Shown here one piece after another: positions 1 to 6,596 of a stretch of 64,000 bases of DNA. Below the pieces are notes generated by a model, which worked only from the letters and a program-made list of their open reading frames with translations, was not told the DNA's origin and made no database searches. Position numbers and translations under genes: made by a program. The DNA comes from an uncultured virus (IMG/VR IMGVR_UViG_3300030109_003613) (taxonomy: Duplodnaviria; Heunggongvirae; Uroviricota; Caudoviricetes), in IMG/VR virus record IMGVR_UViG_3300030109_003613. One strand, written 5' to 3'. Numbering within the stretch: the first letter of the stretch is position 1; each line of letters starts with the position of its first letter.

Positions 1-606
1 CATCCCCATCTCAATTTCTAATCCATTTACTTTCTTTTTATATCCAGACATTTTATGCATTTCTCTATCTCTTAGACGAGGTTGAGCCCATGCAGTATGA
101 TCGTCTATAAAAGATAAAAACTCCCAAGCTTTTGAAAGTAATCCATCCCCAATTAAGTATTCTTTTTGAGAAGCAAAAACGAAGTTTTTAGAATTGCGTA
201 CAAAGAAATAATTACGTGCCAACATTGCTCCAGCTTTATAAGAATACCCCTTACGTCTTGCTTTTAAAACAATCATATGTTTATTCTCTTTTCTTGCTCG
301 ATCTATTTCTTGGAAATATTCCCAATCTCCATCATAAAATGCTGGGAATGTTCTTTCACGTTTTGATTGTGATGAGCCATCAGGTAAGATTTCTTCTACA
401 GCTCTATCTATAGGACAATAATTTAAATAAAAATAATGAAATCCTGTTATACGTTTACCATCAACAACATGTCCATATAGACATTTTTGTTTTTCATTAT
501 CCCAATACTCATAATACTCTTTAGTACCAGGAAGTGCAGACGTATAATAACCAGACTCTAAAAATTTTAAAGCAGCTGGTCTGAATCTGTCTGTGTGTCT
601 GAACAT
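1..606 (-). CDS. terL: Terminase large subunit, N-terminal part (truncated by window edge)
   Basis: Not in ORF track; read by hand from ATG at 606: MFRHTDRFRPAALKFLESGYYTSALPGTKEYYEYW...ITGFHYFYLNYCPI...HMIVLKARRKGYSYK. KARRKGYS is the Walker A seen in crAss-like TerL; frame open to position 1. Confidence 0.9.
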   Translation of the reverse strand, partial: MFRHTDRFRPAALKFLESGYYTSALPGTKEYYEYWDNEKQKCLYGHVVDGKRITGFHYFYLNYCPIDRAVEEILPDGSSQSKRERTFPAFYDGDWEYFQEIDRARKENKHMIVLKARRKGYSYKAGAMLARNYFFVRNSKNFVFASQKEYLIGDGLLSKAWEFLSFIDDHTAWAQPRLRDREMHKMSGYKKKVNGLEIEMGM

Positions 607-860
607 AAATTTTCTTTAATTTCTAATAACTCAGCACATTTTTCATACGCTTCTAATTCTGAAAAATGTTCTATAACCATATCTATAATATCATGACTTC
701 TTCCATCATGATATATAGGGTCAAAAGGTAATGGATATTCTTCTATTTCATATAAATCCATAGCTCTGGTTAATTTTTCAATATCCTTTTTACCGGTTAT
801 AAAATCGTATGCGTTTTCCATTGCTGTGTTATATAATTCTAAATCTTCTAAAAAATCCAT
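567..860 (-). CDS. Hypothetical protein (C-terminal YEKCAELL, UVR-like helix)
   Basis: 97-aa ORF, TAATG-coupled to the upstream gene and overlapping the terL start. Confidence 0.6.
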   Translation of the reverse strand: MDFLEDLELYNTAMENAYDFITGKKDIEKLTRAMDLYEIEEYPLPFDPIYHDGRSHDIIDMVIEHFSELEAYEKCAELLEIKENLCSDTQTDSDQLL

Positions 861-1381
861 TACATACTATATTTATTTACTTCTATTCCTCCTCTATTTT
901 GATTATTTACTTGTTCTTCTTTTTTAACTATATCTTCTAATCTCGTTAATCCATCAATTACCTTTCCCATCTTCTCTAAATTATTTATTAAATCTTTTGC
1001 ATGAAATATAGGTTTACCGTGATCATCCATCATTGTTAAATCTATATTTCTAAAGTATTTCTCTAATTTAACTATTGATTCTTTAGCTGCTTTTAATAAT
1101 CTAACAGCTGAAGTTTCAATTAATTTTTCATACCTATCACAAGCTCCTAACACTTTAGGAGAAGGTTTCCATTTTTTCTTTTCTCCAAATATACTATTTT
1201 TTACTTCAATTTCTCTTTGCTCCCAGTCATAAACTGCAAAAGGTGATCTATGATCTACCATAAAATATACAAATGCTAACTCATTAGGATCTAAATTTTT
1301 AAACTCTAAAATAGTTCTAGCATATGAACTTGGACATGCTACATCATCTTTAATATAAATTAAATCACTTTGAATCGCCAT
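860..1381 (-). CDS. Conserved crAss-like protein upstream of terL (possible small terminase)
   Basis: 173-aa helical ORF in the packaging operon; function inferred from position only. Confidence 0.5.
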   Translation of the reverse strand: MAIQSDLIYIKDDVACPSSYARTILEFKNLDPNELAFVYFMVDHRSPFAVYDWEQREIEVKNSIFGEKKKWKPSPKVLGACDRYEKLIETSAVRLLKAAKESIVKLEKYFRNIDLTMMDDHGKPIFHAKDLINNLEKMGKVIDGLTRLEDIVKKEEQVNNQNRGGIEVNKYSM

Positions 1382-1586
1382 TGGATAATTCTTTTATATA
1401 TTTAATTCTTTGTTTTTTAGCTGAAAACTTTCCAAAATATGGAAGTCTTACAGCATCAAAGTTTCCTTCTTTCATTATTTTAACTATAAACTTAAATTGA
1501 TGATCTACTATACGAGTAACAACTTGTAATGGTAAATTATATTTAGTAGCTAGTTTATTAATAATAATTTTTTTATTCATTTTCAT
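1365..1586 (-). CDS. HU/IHF-like DNA-binding protein
   Basis: MNKKIIINKLA...VRLPYFGKFSAK matches the HU/IHF pattern; IHF homologues near terL are typical of crAss-like phages. Confidence 0.8.
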   Translation of the reverse strand: MKMNKKIIINKLATKYNLPLQVVTRIVDHQFKFIVKIMKEGNFDAVRLPYFGKFSAKKQRIKYIKELSNGDSK

Positions 1587-1854
1587 TTTTATCCCATCTA
1601 GAAGGTTTGTCTGGACAAGTGGCTGTTTTCATCCTTGCTTTTGCCTCTATAAAACATCCACATACTCCACATCTCATTTTTTGTTTAATTAAATGAGGGC
1701 ATTCTTTACAAGCTGTTAATCTTTCTAAATATTGTTCTGCATCTACAATTTTTGCTCCATGAGCAATCCATGTTGCAGAAGATTTAACAAAATTTCCTAA
1801 CATCTTTGCCATGCTAGGAGGTTTTTGATAATTATCATCATTATCTACGGCCAT
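1573..1854 (-). CDS. DUF6171-like Cys-rich (Zn-binding) protein
   Basis: RLTACKECPHL...CGVCGCFIEAKARMKTATCP..RW pattern. Confidence 0.7.
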   Translation of the reverse strand: MAVDNDDNYQKPPSMAKMLGNFVKSSATWIAHGAKIVDAEQYLERLTACKECPHLIKQKMRCGVCGCFIEAKARMKTATCPDKPSRWDKNENE

Positions 1855-1967
1855 ACTACTGTTATGTTATTATTCATAATACATCTAAAAATAAAAAGTT
1901 ACCATGTGGATCTTGTATAATTACAACAAGATACATGTCTTCTATATTGAATTTTGATATTACTACA

Positions 1968-2294
1968 TTATTTGTTAATATTGATTTCAATTGTAGAAGT
2001 ATTTGGATTTAATAATTTATTTAATTTATACTCACCTTTAATCTTACTTATTACTCCTTTGTCTTTAAATTTTTTAATATAATTATTTAAAGTATTAGGA
2101 TCTTTCATTCCTGCTAATCTAGCTACAACTATTTTGTTTTTCATATCACAAAAATTTTCAGTTATAGTTAAATCATCTGCATCAATAAAATAAGATAAAA
2201 TTGTTAATTCTGTGTTTGTTAAATTGAAAATACCATTCCAAAGTTGTAAATACTTGTATGTACTATCAATATTAACTTTTATCTTTTGTTTCAT
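1968..2294 (-). CDS. Winged-helix (RepL-like) protein
   Basis: LTNTELTIL...TLNNYIKKFKDKGVI...YKLN wHTH signature. Confidence 0.55.
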   Translation of the reverse strand: MKQKIKVNIDSTYKYLQLWNGIFNLTNTELTILSYFIDADDLTITENFCDMKNKIVVARLAGMKDPNTLNNYIKKFKDKGVISKIKGEYKLNKLLNPNTSTIEININK

Positions 2295-2541
2295 ACTTTG
2301 ATTCTATTATGGCTCTACCTCCTTCAATCTTAATCATTGATTCAGTAGATTGCCTGTTAAATTCATCAACAAAACCTTTAATGTCTGCTCTTGTACATAG
2401 AAAAGATAAAAAAACTTGTAATTCTCTTACCGTTTTTCTAGCTCTAGCTCTTAACTCTTCAGATTCCTGTTCTTGATCTTGCAACTTTAGGAAATCTTTA
2501 AGTCTAATACTAACAGTTCCTTCTATATTAGTTTTTGCCAT
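2272..2541 (-). CDS. Hypothetical protein
   Basis: 89-aa ORF overlapping both neighbours in the operon. Confidence 0.6.
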   Translation of the reverse strand: MAKTNIEGTVSIRLKDFLKLQDQEQESEELRARARKTVRELQVFLSFLCTRADIKGFVDEFNRQSTESMIKIEGGRAIIESKYETKDKS

Positions 2542-2806
2542 TATTCATTTTACCTAATAACTGATGCTCACCTACCATAAGATAAGTTTTTTTCTCAATC
2601 TCAGCTATTACAGCTTCTGTTCTAGGATCTACCATTACAGTATCACCTACTTTACAAAAACCGCATTGAGGACCTACAGCTAATACTTCTAATACATTCG
2701 TACTATTCTTACGAGCTGTTTCTTCATCTAATATAATTCCTGATTCTGTTTTGTTTGAAGTTGGATCCGGAAGGATTACCCAACTGCCATTTGGTTTAAA
2801 GTCCAT
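2528..2806 (-). CDS. groES: Co-chaperonin GroES (Cpn10)
   Basis: FKPNGSWVIL...KTESGIIL (mobile loop)...VLAVGP...KVGDTV...EHQLLG. Confidence 0.9.
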   Translation of the reverse strand: MDFKPNGSWVILPDPTSNKTESGIILDEETARKNSTNVLEVLAVGPQCGFCKVGDTVMVDPRTEAVIAEIEKKTYLMVGEHQLLGKMNNGKN

Positions 2807-2831
2807 ATATATATTATTTATAAATTTTATA

Positions 2832-2864
2832 CAAATATATAAATAAAATTTTTATAAATCCAAA
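2832..2864 (-). promoter_or_regulatory. Bacteroidota primary-sigma promoter for the groES/terminase operon
   Basis: Minus strand TTTG (2864-2861), 21-nt spacer, TATATTTG (2839-2832), matching the -33/-7 consensus TTTG-N19-21-TAnnTTTG. Confidence 0.7.
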
Positions 2865-2884
2865 TGATAATTAGAATATTTTAC

Positions 2885-3136
2885 AAAGGGATATAGTTCA
2901 CCCCCTTAGAAGTTTAATTTTCAAGTTTAGATTTCGTTCTAGCAGTGCTTCTTTTTACAGAGACCCAAGGATAGTAAAACTGATGTCAATTCACCACACT
3001 TACCTATGTGTAATCTATCCTAACTAGAGTTTATACTTAACTCTTTTTGCAACTACCGGAGAAAACTCTATCTCTATTTGAGACTACAATCCGATGTCTT
3101 TTCCCATTTTTGGTTACCGTGGGAGGATAATGTTGC
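2885..3136 (-). ncRNA. Candidate structured non-coding RNA (~250 nt)
   Basis: No track ORF; GC-richer than flanks; own TATCTTTG box immediately upstream; multiple helices (TCCCA/TGGGA, AGAGTT/AACTCT, AGGATAG/CTATCCT, AAGGG/CCCTT). Confidence 0.55.
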
Positions 3137-3140
3137 AATG

Positions 3141-3148
3141 CAAAGATA
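3141..3148 (-). promoter_or_regulatory. Bacteroidota -7 promoter box
   Basis: TATCTTTG on minus strand with AT-rich upstream tract; no clear -33 box. Confidence 0.55.
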
Positions 3149-3159
3149 ATAAAAATTAT

Positions 3160-3294
3160 TTATCTTCCTTGTCCTACGTATATTTTTTTATAATTCTTTG
3201 AATGTTTATGTGACGATGTCTTAGATTTTGCGTGAATTCCTTTACGCTTAATCTTTTTTGTTTCTCTAAATGTTTGTGTATTTCTAATTGCCAT
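3160..3294 (-). CDS. Small basic protein (44 aa)
   Basis: MAIRNTQTFRETKKIKRKGIHAKSKTSSHKHSKNYKKIYVGQGR; K/R-rich with a Y-x-GQG end, a type common in aquatic phages; below the ORF-track cutoff. Confidence 0.7.
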   Translation of the reverse strand: MAIRNTQTFRETKKIKRKGIHAKSKTSSHKHSKNYKKIYVGQGR

Positions 3295-3427
3295 TTTTTG
3301 GTTTTTTATTTTTATTTTCTTCTTCTAAAACTTCAATTAAAACATCAAGACCAGTCTTAGGTTTTTCTTTTTTAATACTTTCAGCTAGTTTTTCTTTTTG
3401 TTGTTTTAATATTTCTTTAAATGTCAT
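3284..3427 (-). CDS. Small charged protein (47 aa), possibly leaderless
   Basis: MTFKEILKQQKEKLAESIKKEKPKTGLDVLIEVLEEENKNKKPKNGN; ATG lies 4 nt after a TATATTTG box. Confidence 0.5.
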   Translation of the reverse strand: MTFKEILKQQKEKLAESIKKEKPKTGLDVLIEVLEEENKNKKPKNGN

Positions 3428-3431
3428 GTTA

Positions 3432-3439
3432 CAAATATA
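3432..3439 (-). promoter_or_regulatory. Bacteroidota -7 promoter box at the start of the leftward block
   Basis: TATATTTG on minus strand. Confidence 0.55.
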
Positions 3440-3579
3440 AAAAAATTTTAATACCAAAAAAATTTTTTAAGGGGGATTTGTGAACGTGTTACCCTCCTTA
3501 GAACCAAACCCCAGCGTGTTTTGGGGAATCAAGGTACCCCCTATCAAACATTTATTAACATTTAAAAACATTTGGCCTT

Positions 3580-3861
3580 ATGAGAACATTACTACTTGCT
3601 TACCTACGTAAGCTGAACGTTGTGAGTGTACAGAAATTGTACAACAAGACAACAAGCAAGACTCACATTCTTGCAACAAAGCAAGACGGCACACAATTTA
3701 GAATGCCTATTGCTGAACATTCAATTGATGAAGAGCTTAAGAGTTTATTCATTGTTACTGTTGAAGACAGGGATAATCCTGGACAAACTGTAACAATTGC
3801 TACGAAGAACGAAGGTTCTGAACATCAAGTTGTTGAAGAATTGCAGTTAGAAACTGCTTAA
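3580..3861 (+). CDS. First early gene, hypothetical protein
   Basis: 93-aa ORF at the start of the rightward block, preceded by TAACATTTAAA. Confidence 0.7.
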   Translation: MRTLLLAYLRKLNVVSVQKLYNKTTSKTHILATKQDGTQFRMPIAEHSIDEELKSLFIVTVEDRDNPGQTVTIATKNEGSEHQVVEELQLETA

Positions 3862-3867
3862 CACTAC

Positions 3868-3906
3868 AAGTGTGTGAGTGTGGCTACCAGGTCACATTCA
3901 CCACTT
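3868..3906 (+). other. Intergenic stem-loop (terminator or processing site)
   Basis: AAGTG-TGTGAGTGTGGC...GTCACATTCAC-CACTT directly after the stop codon. Confidence 0.55.
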
Positions 3907-3980
3907 TATATCACATTTTGACACTTAGTTGATTCGTGATTATTGTATTATATAACATTAACCTTTAAATTAGAGAAATT

Positions 3981-4133
3981 ATGAGTATAGATTATCGCAC
4001 TAGCTTAGATGTAAAGATAGAGCCAGTTATTGGCTTAGCAATTGCATTTAAAAAGCATAGAAAAAACAACAAAAATGCATACGGAGTTATGATAGTAATT
4101 GCTTGCATAACAATAGAAATTATCGTTGCATAA
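3981..4133 (+). CDS. Small hypothetical protein (50 aa)
   Basis: MSIDYRTSLDVKIEPVIGLAIAFKKHRKNNKNAYGVMIVIACITIEIIVA, preceded by TAACCTTTAAA. Confidence 0.6.
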   Translation: MSIDYRTSLDVKIEPVIGLAIAFKKHRKNNKNAYGVMIVIACITIEIIVA

Positions 4134-4137
4134 AACT

Positions 4138-4527
4138 AAAGCGGCCTAATTAACATATTAGCATATAGTTATTAATATAGACTTATTAATAACATAAGGG
4201 ATATATGTTGTCTACCTGAATTAGGCTGCTTTTTAAAATATAGTGGGCATTTGATGACATCTTCTTCATTAGTCACTTGTTTAGATCAAGTGCTCACCAT
4301 TTCTATAGCTTGTTGGAAACTGATTAAGTAACTACGACTAAAGGTTTCACAAGTGTGTAATTATATCCTAAATTTATAATAACATAGATCGTTGAAATAG
4401 ACTAAATCTGGATTACAAATCAATAGATAAATCTGGAGGGTTTATGTTATATTATATTTTGAATCGAAACGTGCCATATGAAAGAGACGCGGCAAAACTC
4501 TACGGACTGAGATGGATATAATTACAC
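4138..4527 (+). ncRNA. Array of four structured RNA elements in an ORF-free region
   Basis: Closing stems 4138-4151/4219-4232, 4243-4255/4285-4297, 4308-4321/4343-4354 and 4355-4368/4514-4527. Confidence 0.5.
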
Positions 4528-4574
4528 TTTAAGAAATAACACATTATTAATCATTAACATTTAAAATTAACATT

Positions 4575-4685
4575 ATGAATAAAACAAAACCAACATATAT
4601 TGTAAACCAAAATTACACAATAGTGTGTAATAAAATGGGATACTATTATAAAAAATATACTAACAAATTAATAATCTTAAAATAA
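4575..4685 (+). CDS. Small hypothetical protein (36 aa)
   Basis: MNKTKPTYIVNQNYTIVCNKMGYYYKKYTNKLIILK, preceded by TAACATTTAAA. Confidence 0.4.
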   Translation: MNKTKPTYIVNQNYTIVCNKMGYYYKKYTNKLIILK

Positions 4686-4689
4686 AATT

Positions 4690-4800
4690 ATGAAAAAAGA
4701 TAAATTTCACTCAATAGGATGGTTAGATATAATTTATTTTACAATTGTTGTATTAGTTATTATATTATCATCATCCTGCTGTACACCTAAATGTATATAA
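4690..4800 (+). CDS. Small membrane peptide / putative micro-lipoprotein (36 aa)
   Basis: MKKDKFHSIGWLDIIYFTIVVLVIILSSSCCTPKCI: basic N-terminus, hydrophobic core, SSS-C. Confidence 0.5.
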   Translation: MKKDKFHSIGWLDIIYFTIVVLVIILSSSCCTPKCI

Positions 4801-5033
4801 TTATGTGGTGGTGTAATAATAAAAAAGACAATCGTGAATTAGCATCGTTAGATGTTTCAATTCATGATATGTCTAATGATGAATTAGTTAAATACTTAAA
4901 CGATTTAGATGAAAGCTGTTTGATATGTGTTAAGAATGGACAATATAATGCATTAAGTGTTTATTCAGATATTAAACTAAAAGTAAGAACATTACTAGAA
5001 GATAAGATAAAAACTCAATTTAATAACCTTTAA
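4791..5033 (+). CDS. Early hypothetical protein
   Basis: 80-aa ORF; true start may be the second Met. Confidence 0.6.
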   Translation: MYIIMWWCNNKKDNRELASLDVSIHDMSNDELVKYLNDLDESCLICVKNGQYNALSVYSDIKLKVRTLLEDKIKTQFNNL

Positions 5034-5044
5034 ACTCGTAGCAC

Positions 5045-5320
5045 ATGGAAAACAACCAACAAGCAAACCAAATTGTAATTCATTATGAATGTGATATTGA
5101 TGGCGATCACACTTGCAATTTTAATGACATTAGTCATACAGCTATTAAAATATTTAGTGATAAAATGGATGCTATTCATTTTATAGCTGAATGCACATCT
5201 TGTCAAGACAATTTAAGAGATGTAGCACCAGAGTTATTTTATTGGGAAAATGATAGTAAAGAAACTACACTTTCCAATAAGCAACTTGAAGAATTTATAA
5301 ATTTTAACAATAACCTTTAA
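5045..5320 (+). CDS. Early hypothetical protein
   Basis: 91-aa acidic ORF preceded by TAACCTTTAAA. Confidence 0.65.
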   Translation: MENNQQANQIVIHYECDIDGDHTCNFNDISHTAIKIFSDKMDAIHFIAECTSCQDNLRDVAPELFYWENDSKETTLSNKQLEEFINFNNNL

Positions 5321-5332
5321 AAACATTTTAAA

Positions 5333-5965
5333 ATGGAAAACACAAACAAATTAAACAGTGGTTCAGTAGAAACACTTAAACCAGGAGATTGCTTATTAGT
5401 AGGAGCAAGAAAATTAGAAACCAAAATAGAATTAGAATTTGCTGAGAAAATACAAACTAGTTCTAACAGACCATTAAGTGCAATACAATTATTAAATGCA
5501 AGCGATCCAAGATTTAGCAGCGGAGCAAGAAGATGCTGGCAATCAGTTGAAATAGACAATGCAAGTGAGATATTTGGAGTAAACTTTGGTGATGATGGAG
5601 ATTGGTATGCAAGTGAAAGAGGAGAAATGATGGATTTAAACATATTAAATCCTAATCATAAAAATGAGCTTTTCTTTAGATTGTGGATCAATGAAACAAC
5701 TGAACCAACTGAATGGCAAGCTGAAAATCAAGAAAGAGCAGCTAAAAGAGCTGGTAAAAATGGAGATTTTATCACTCATAATGGTTCATATATTTATTCT
5801 AATACAAGTTTAGTAATGATTACAGAAGATGAAAAACCACCTAAACATATATATTTAGCAGCTGATACTCAAACTATCGGTGTTCAAGCAAATAAAGGTG
5901 CAAAGGCTGATGAAGTAGTTATGGAAACAATTAATTTAGAAGACGATAATAATCTAGAGTATTAA
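5333..5965 (+). CDS. Early hypothetical protein
   Basis: 210-aa ORF with phage-like codon usage, preceded by TAACCTTTAAA. Confidence 0.75.
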   Translation: MENTNKLNSGSVETLKPGDCLLVGARKLETKIELEFAEKIQTSSNRPLSAIQLLNASDPRFSSGARRCWQSVEIDNASEIFGVNFGDDGDWYASERGEMMDLNILNPNHKNELFFRLWINETTEPTEWQAENQERAAKRAGKNGDFITHNGSYIYSNTSLVMITEDEKPPKHIYLAADTQTIGVQANKGAKADEVVMETINLEDDNNLEY

Positions 5966-5973
5966 ATATAAAT

Positions 5974-6010
5974 AAAAAGAATATATTATTTGCATAGTAT
6001 ATTCTTTTTT
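5974..6010 (+). terminator. Stem-loop/terminator overlapping a promoter
   Basis: AAAAAGAATATATTA-tttgca-TAGTATATTCTTTTT. Confidence 0.5.
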
Positions 6011-6020
6011 TGTATGTTTG
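5989..6020 (+). promoter_or_regulatory. Bacteroidota primary-sigma promoter
   Basis: TTTG (5989-5992), 20-nt spacer, TATGTTTG (6013-6020). Confidence 0.7.
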
Positions 6021-6155
6021 TTTATAAATTATATACAAAGTATAAAGAAAACGTTTATAGTTTGTTCTAATTTGCTGACAATCAGCTCTCTATGATTAAA
6101 AGCCAATAGTTTCGCAATTTTCTCTAAAATTGTAATGTTAATGAATGATTCAGAG

Positions 6156-6185
6156 ATAAAGGGACTTTTTAGTCCCTTTATTTTT
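6156..6185 (+). terminator. Intrinsic terminator
   Basis: ATAAAGGGACT-TTTT-AGTCCCTTTAT followed by a T-run. Confidence 0.8.
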
Positions 6186-6223
6186 GTCTCTTAATTAAAT
6201 TATTATTAACCAAAACAAGTATT

Positions 6224-6475
6224 ATGGGACATATGAAATGGATCTTTACTATGGTAGAAGATGGAACATATGAAGATTTTAAAAAAGAATACATACAATG
6301 TGTTCTTAAAAGACAAGACTCTTTCAATTGGGAGAGCAAAATAATAGCTAAAAGCTATGCAAAAGCAGTTGTCATGTACGTTGACAAGTATGCTCAAAAA
6401 GAATATAACGATTATATAGACAATTTAGCTGAAGCTCATTATGAGATGAAGTCTGAAATTGCGAGAGGAAAGTAA
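6224..6475 (+). CDS. Hypothetical protein
   Basis: 83-aa ORF with an A-rich leader. Confidence 0.65.
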   Translation: MGHMKWIFTMVEDGTYEDFKKEYIQCVLKRQDSFNWESKIIAKSYAKAVVMYVDKYAQKEYNDYIDNLAEAHYEMKSEIARGK

Positions 6476-6485
6476 TTTGTAAAAT

Positions 6486-6576
6486 AGAAAAGCATGTGTG
6501 TTAAGTTAAATAATAAATGGATTAACCAATGGTCATCTAACATTTATTAGCTTTGTGTTCGCACACATGTTTTTCT
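6486..6576 (+). other. Long-stem structured leader upstream of polA
   Basis: AGAAAAGCATGTGTG (6486-6500) pairs with CACACATGTTTTTCT (6562-6576); inner TAATAAATG/CATTTATTA. Confidence 0.55.
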
Positions 6577-6596
6577 TAATTTAAAATAATAACATT

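Noticed and set aside
1875..1991. 38-aa TTG-start ORF or +1 frameshift extension of the wHTH gene (minus strand)
   Set aside because: An open frame exists (MKSILTNNVVISKFNIEDMYLVVIIQDPHGNFLFLDVL) but there is no slippery site or other support; left uncalled.
2885..3136. tmRNA or tRNA identity (GGGGGTGAA)
   Set aside because: The G-run is at the 3' end of the element, and no T-arm/CCA end or tag reading frame is visible.
4240..4515. SAM-V or c-di-GMP-I riboswitch (GCATTTGA; GAAA...GCAAAAC)
   Set aside because: Only short word matches; the required helices and spacing are absent.
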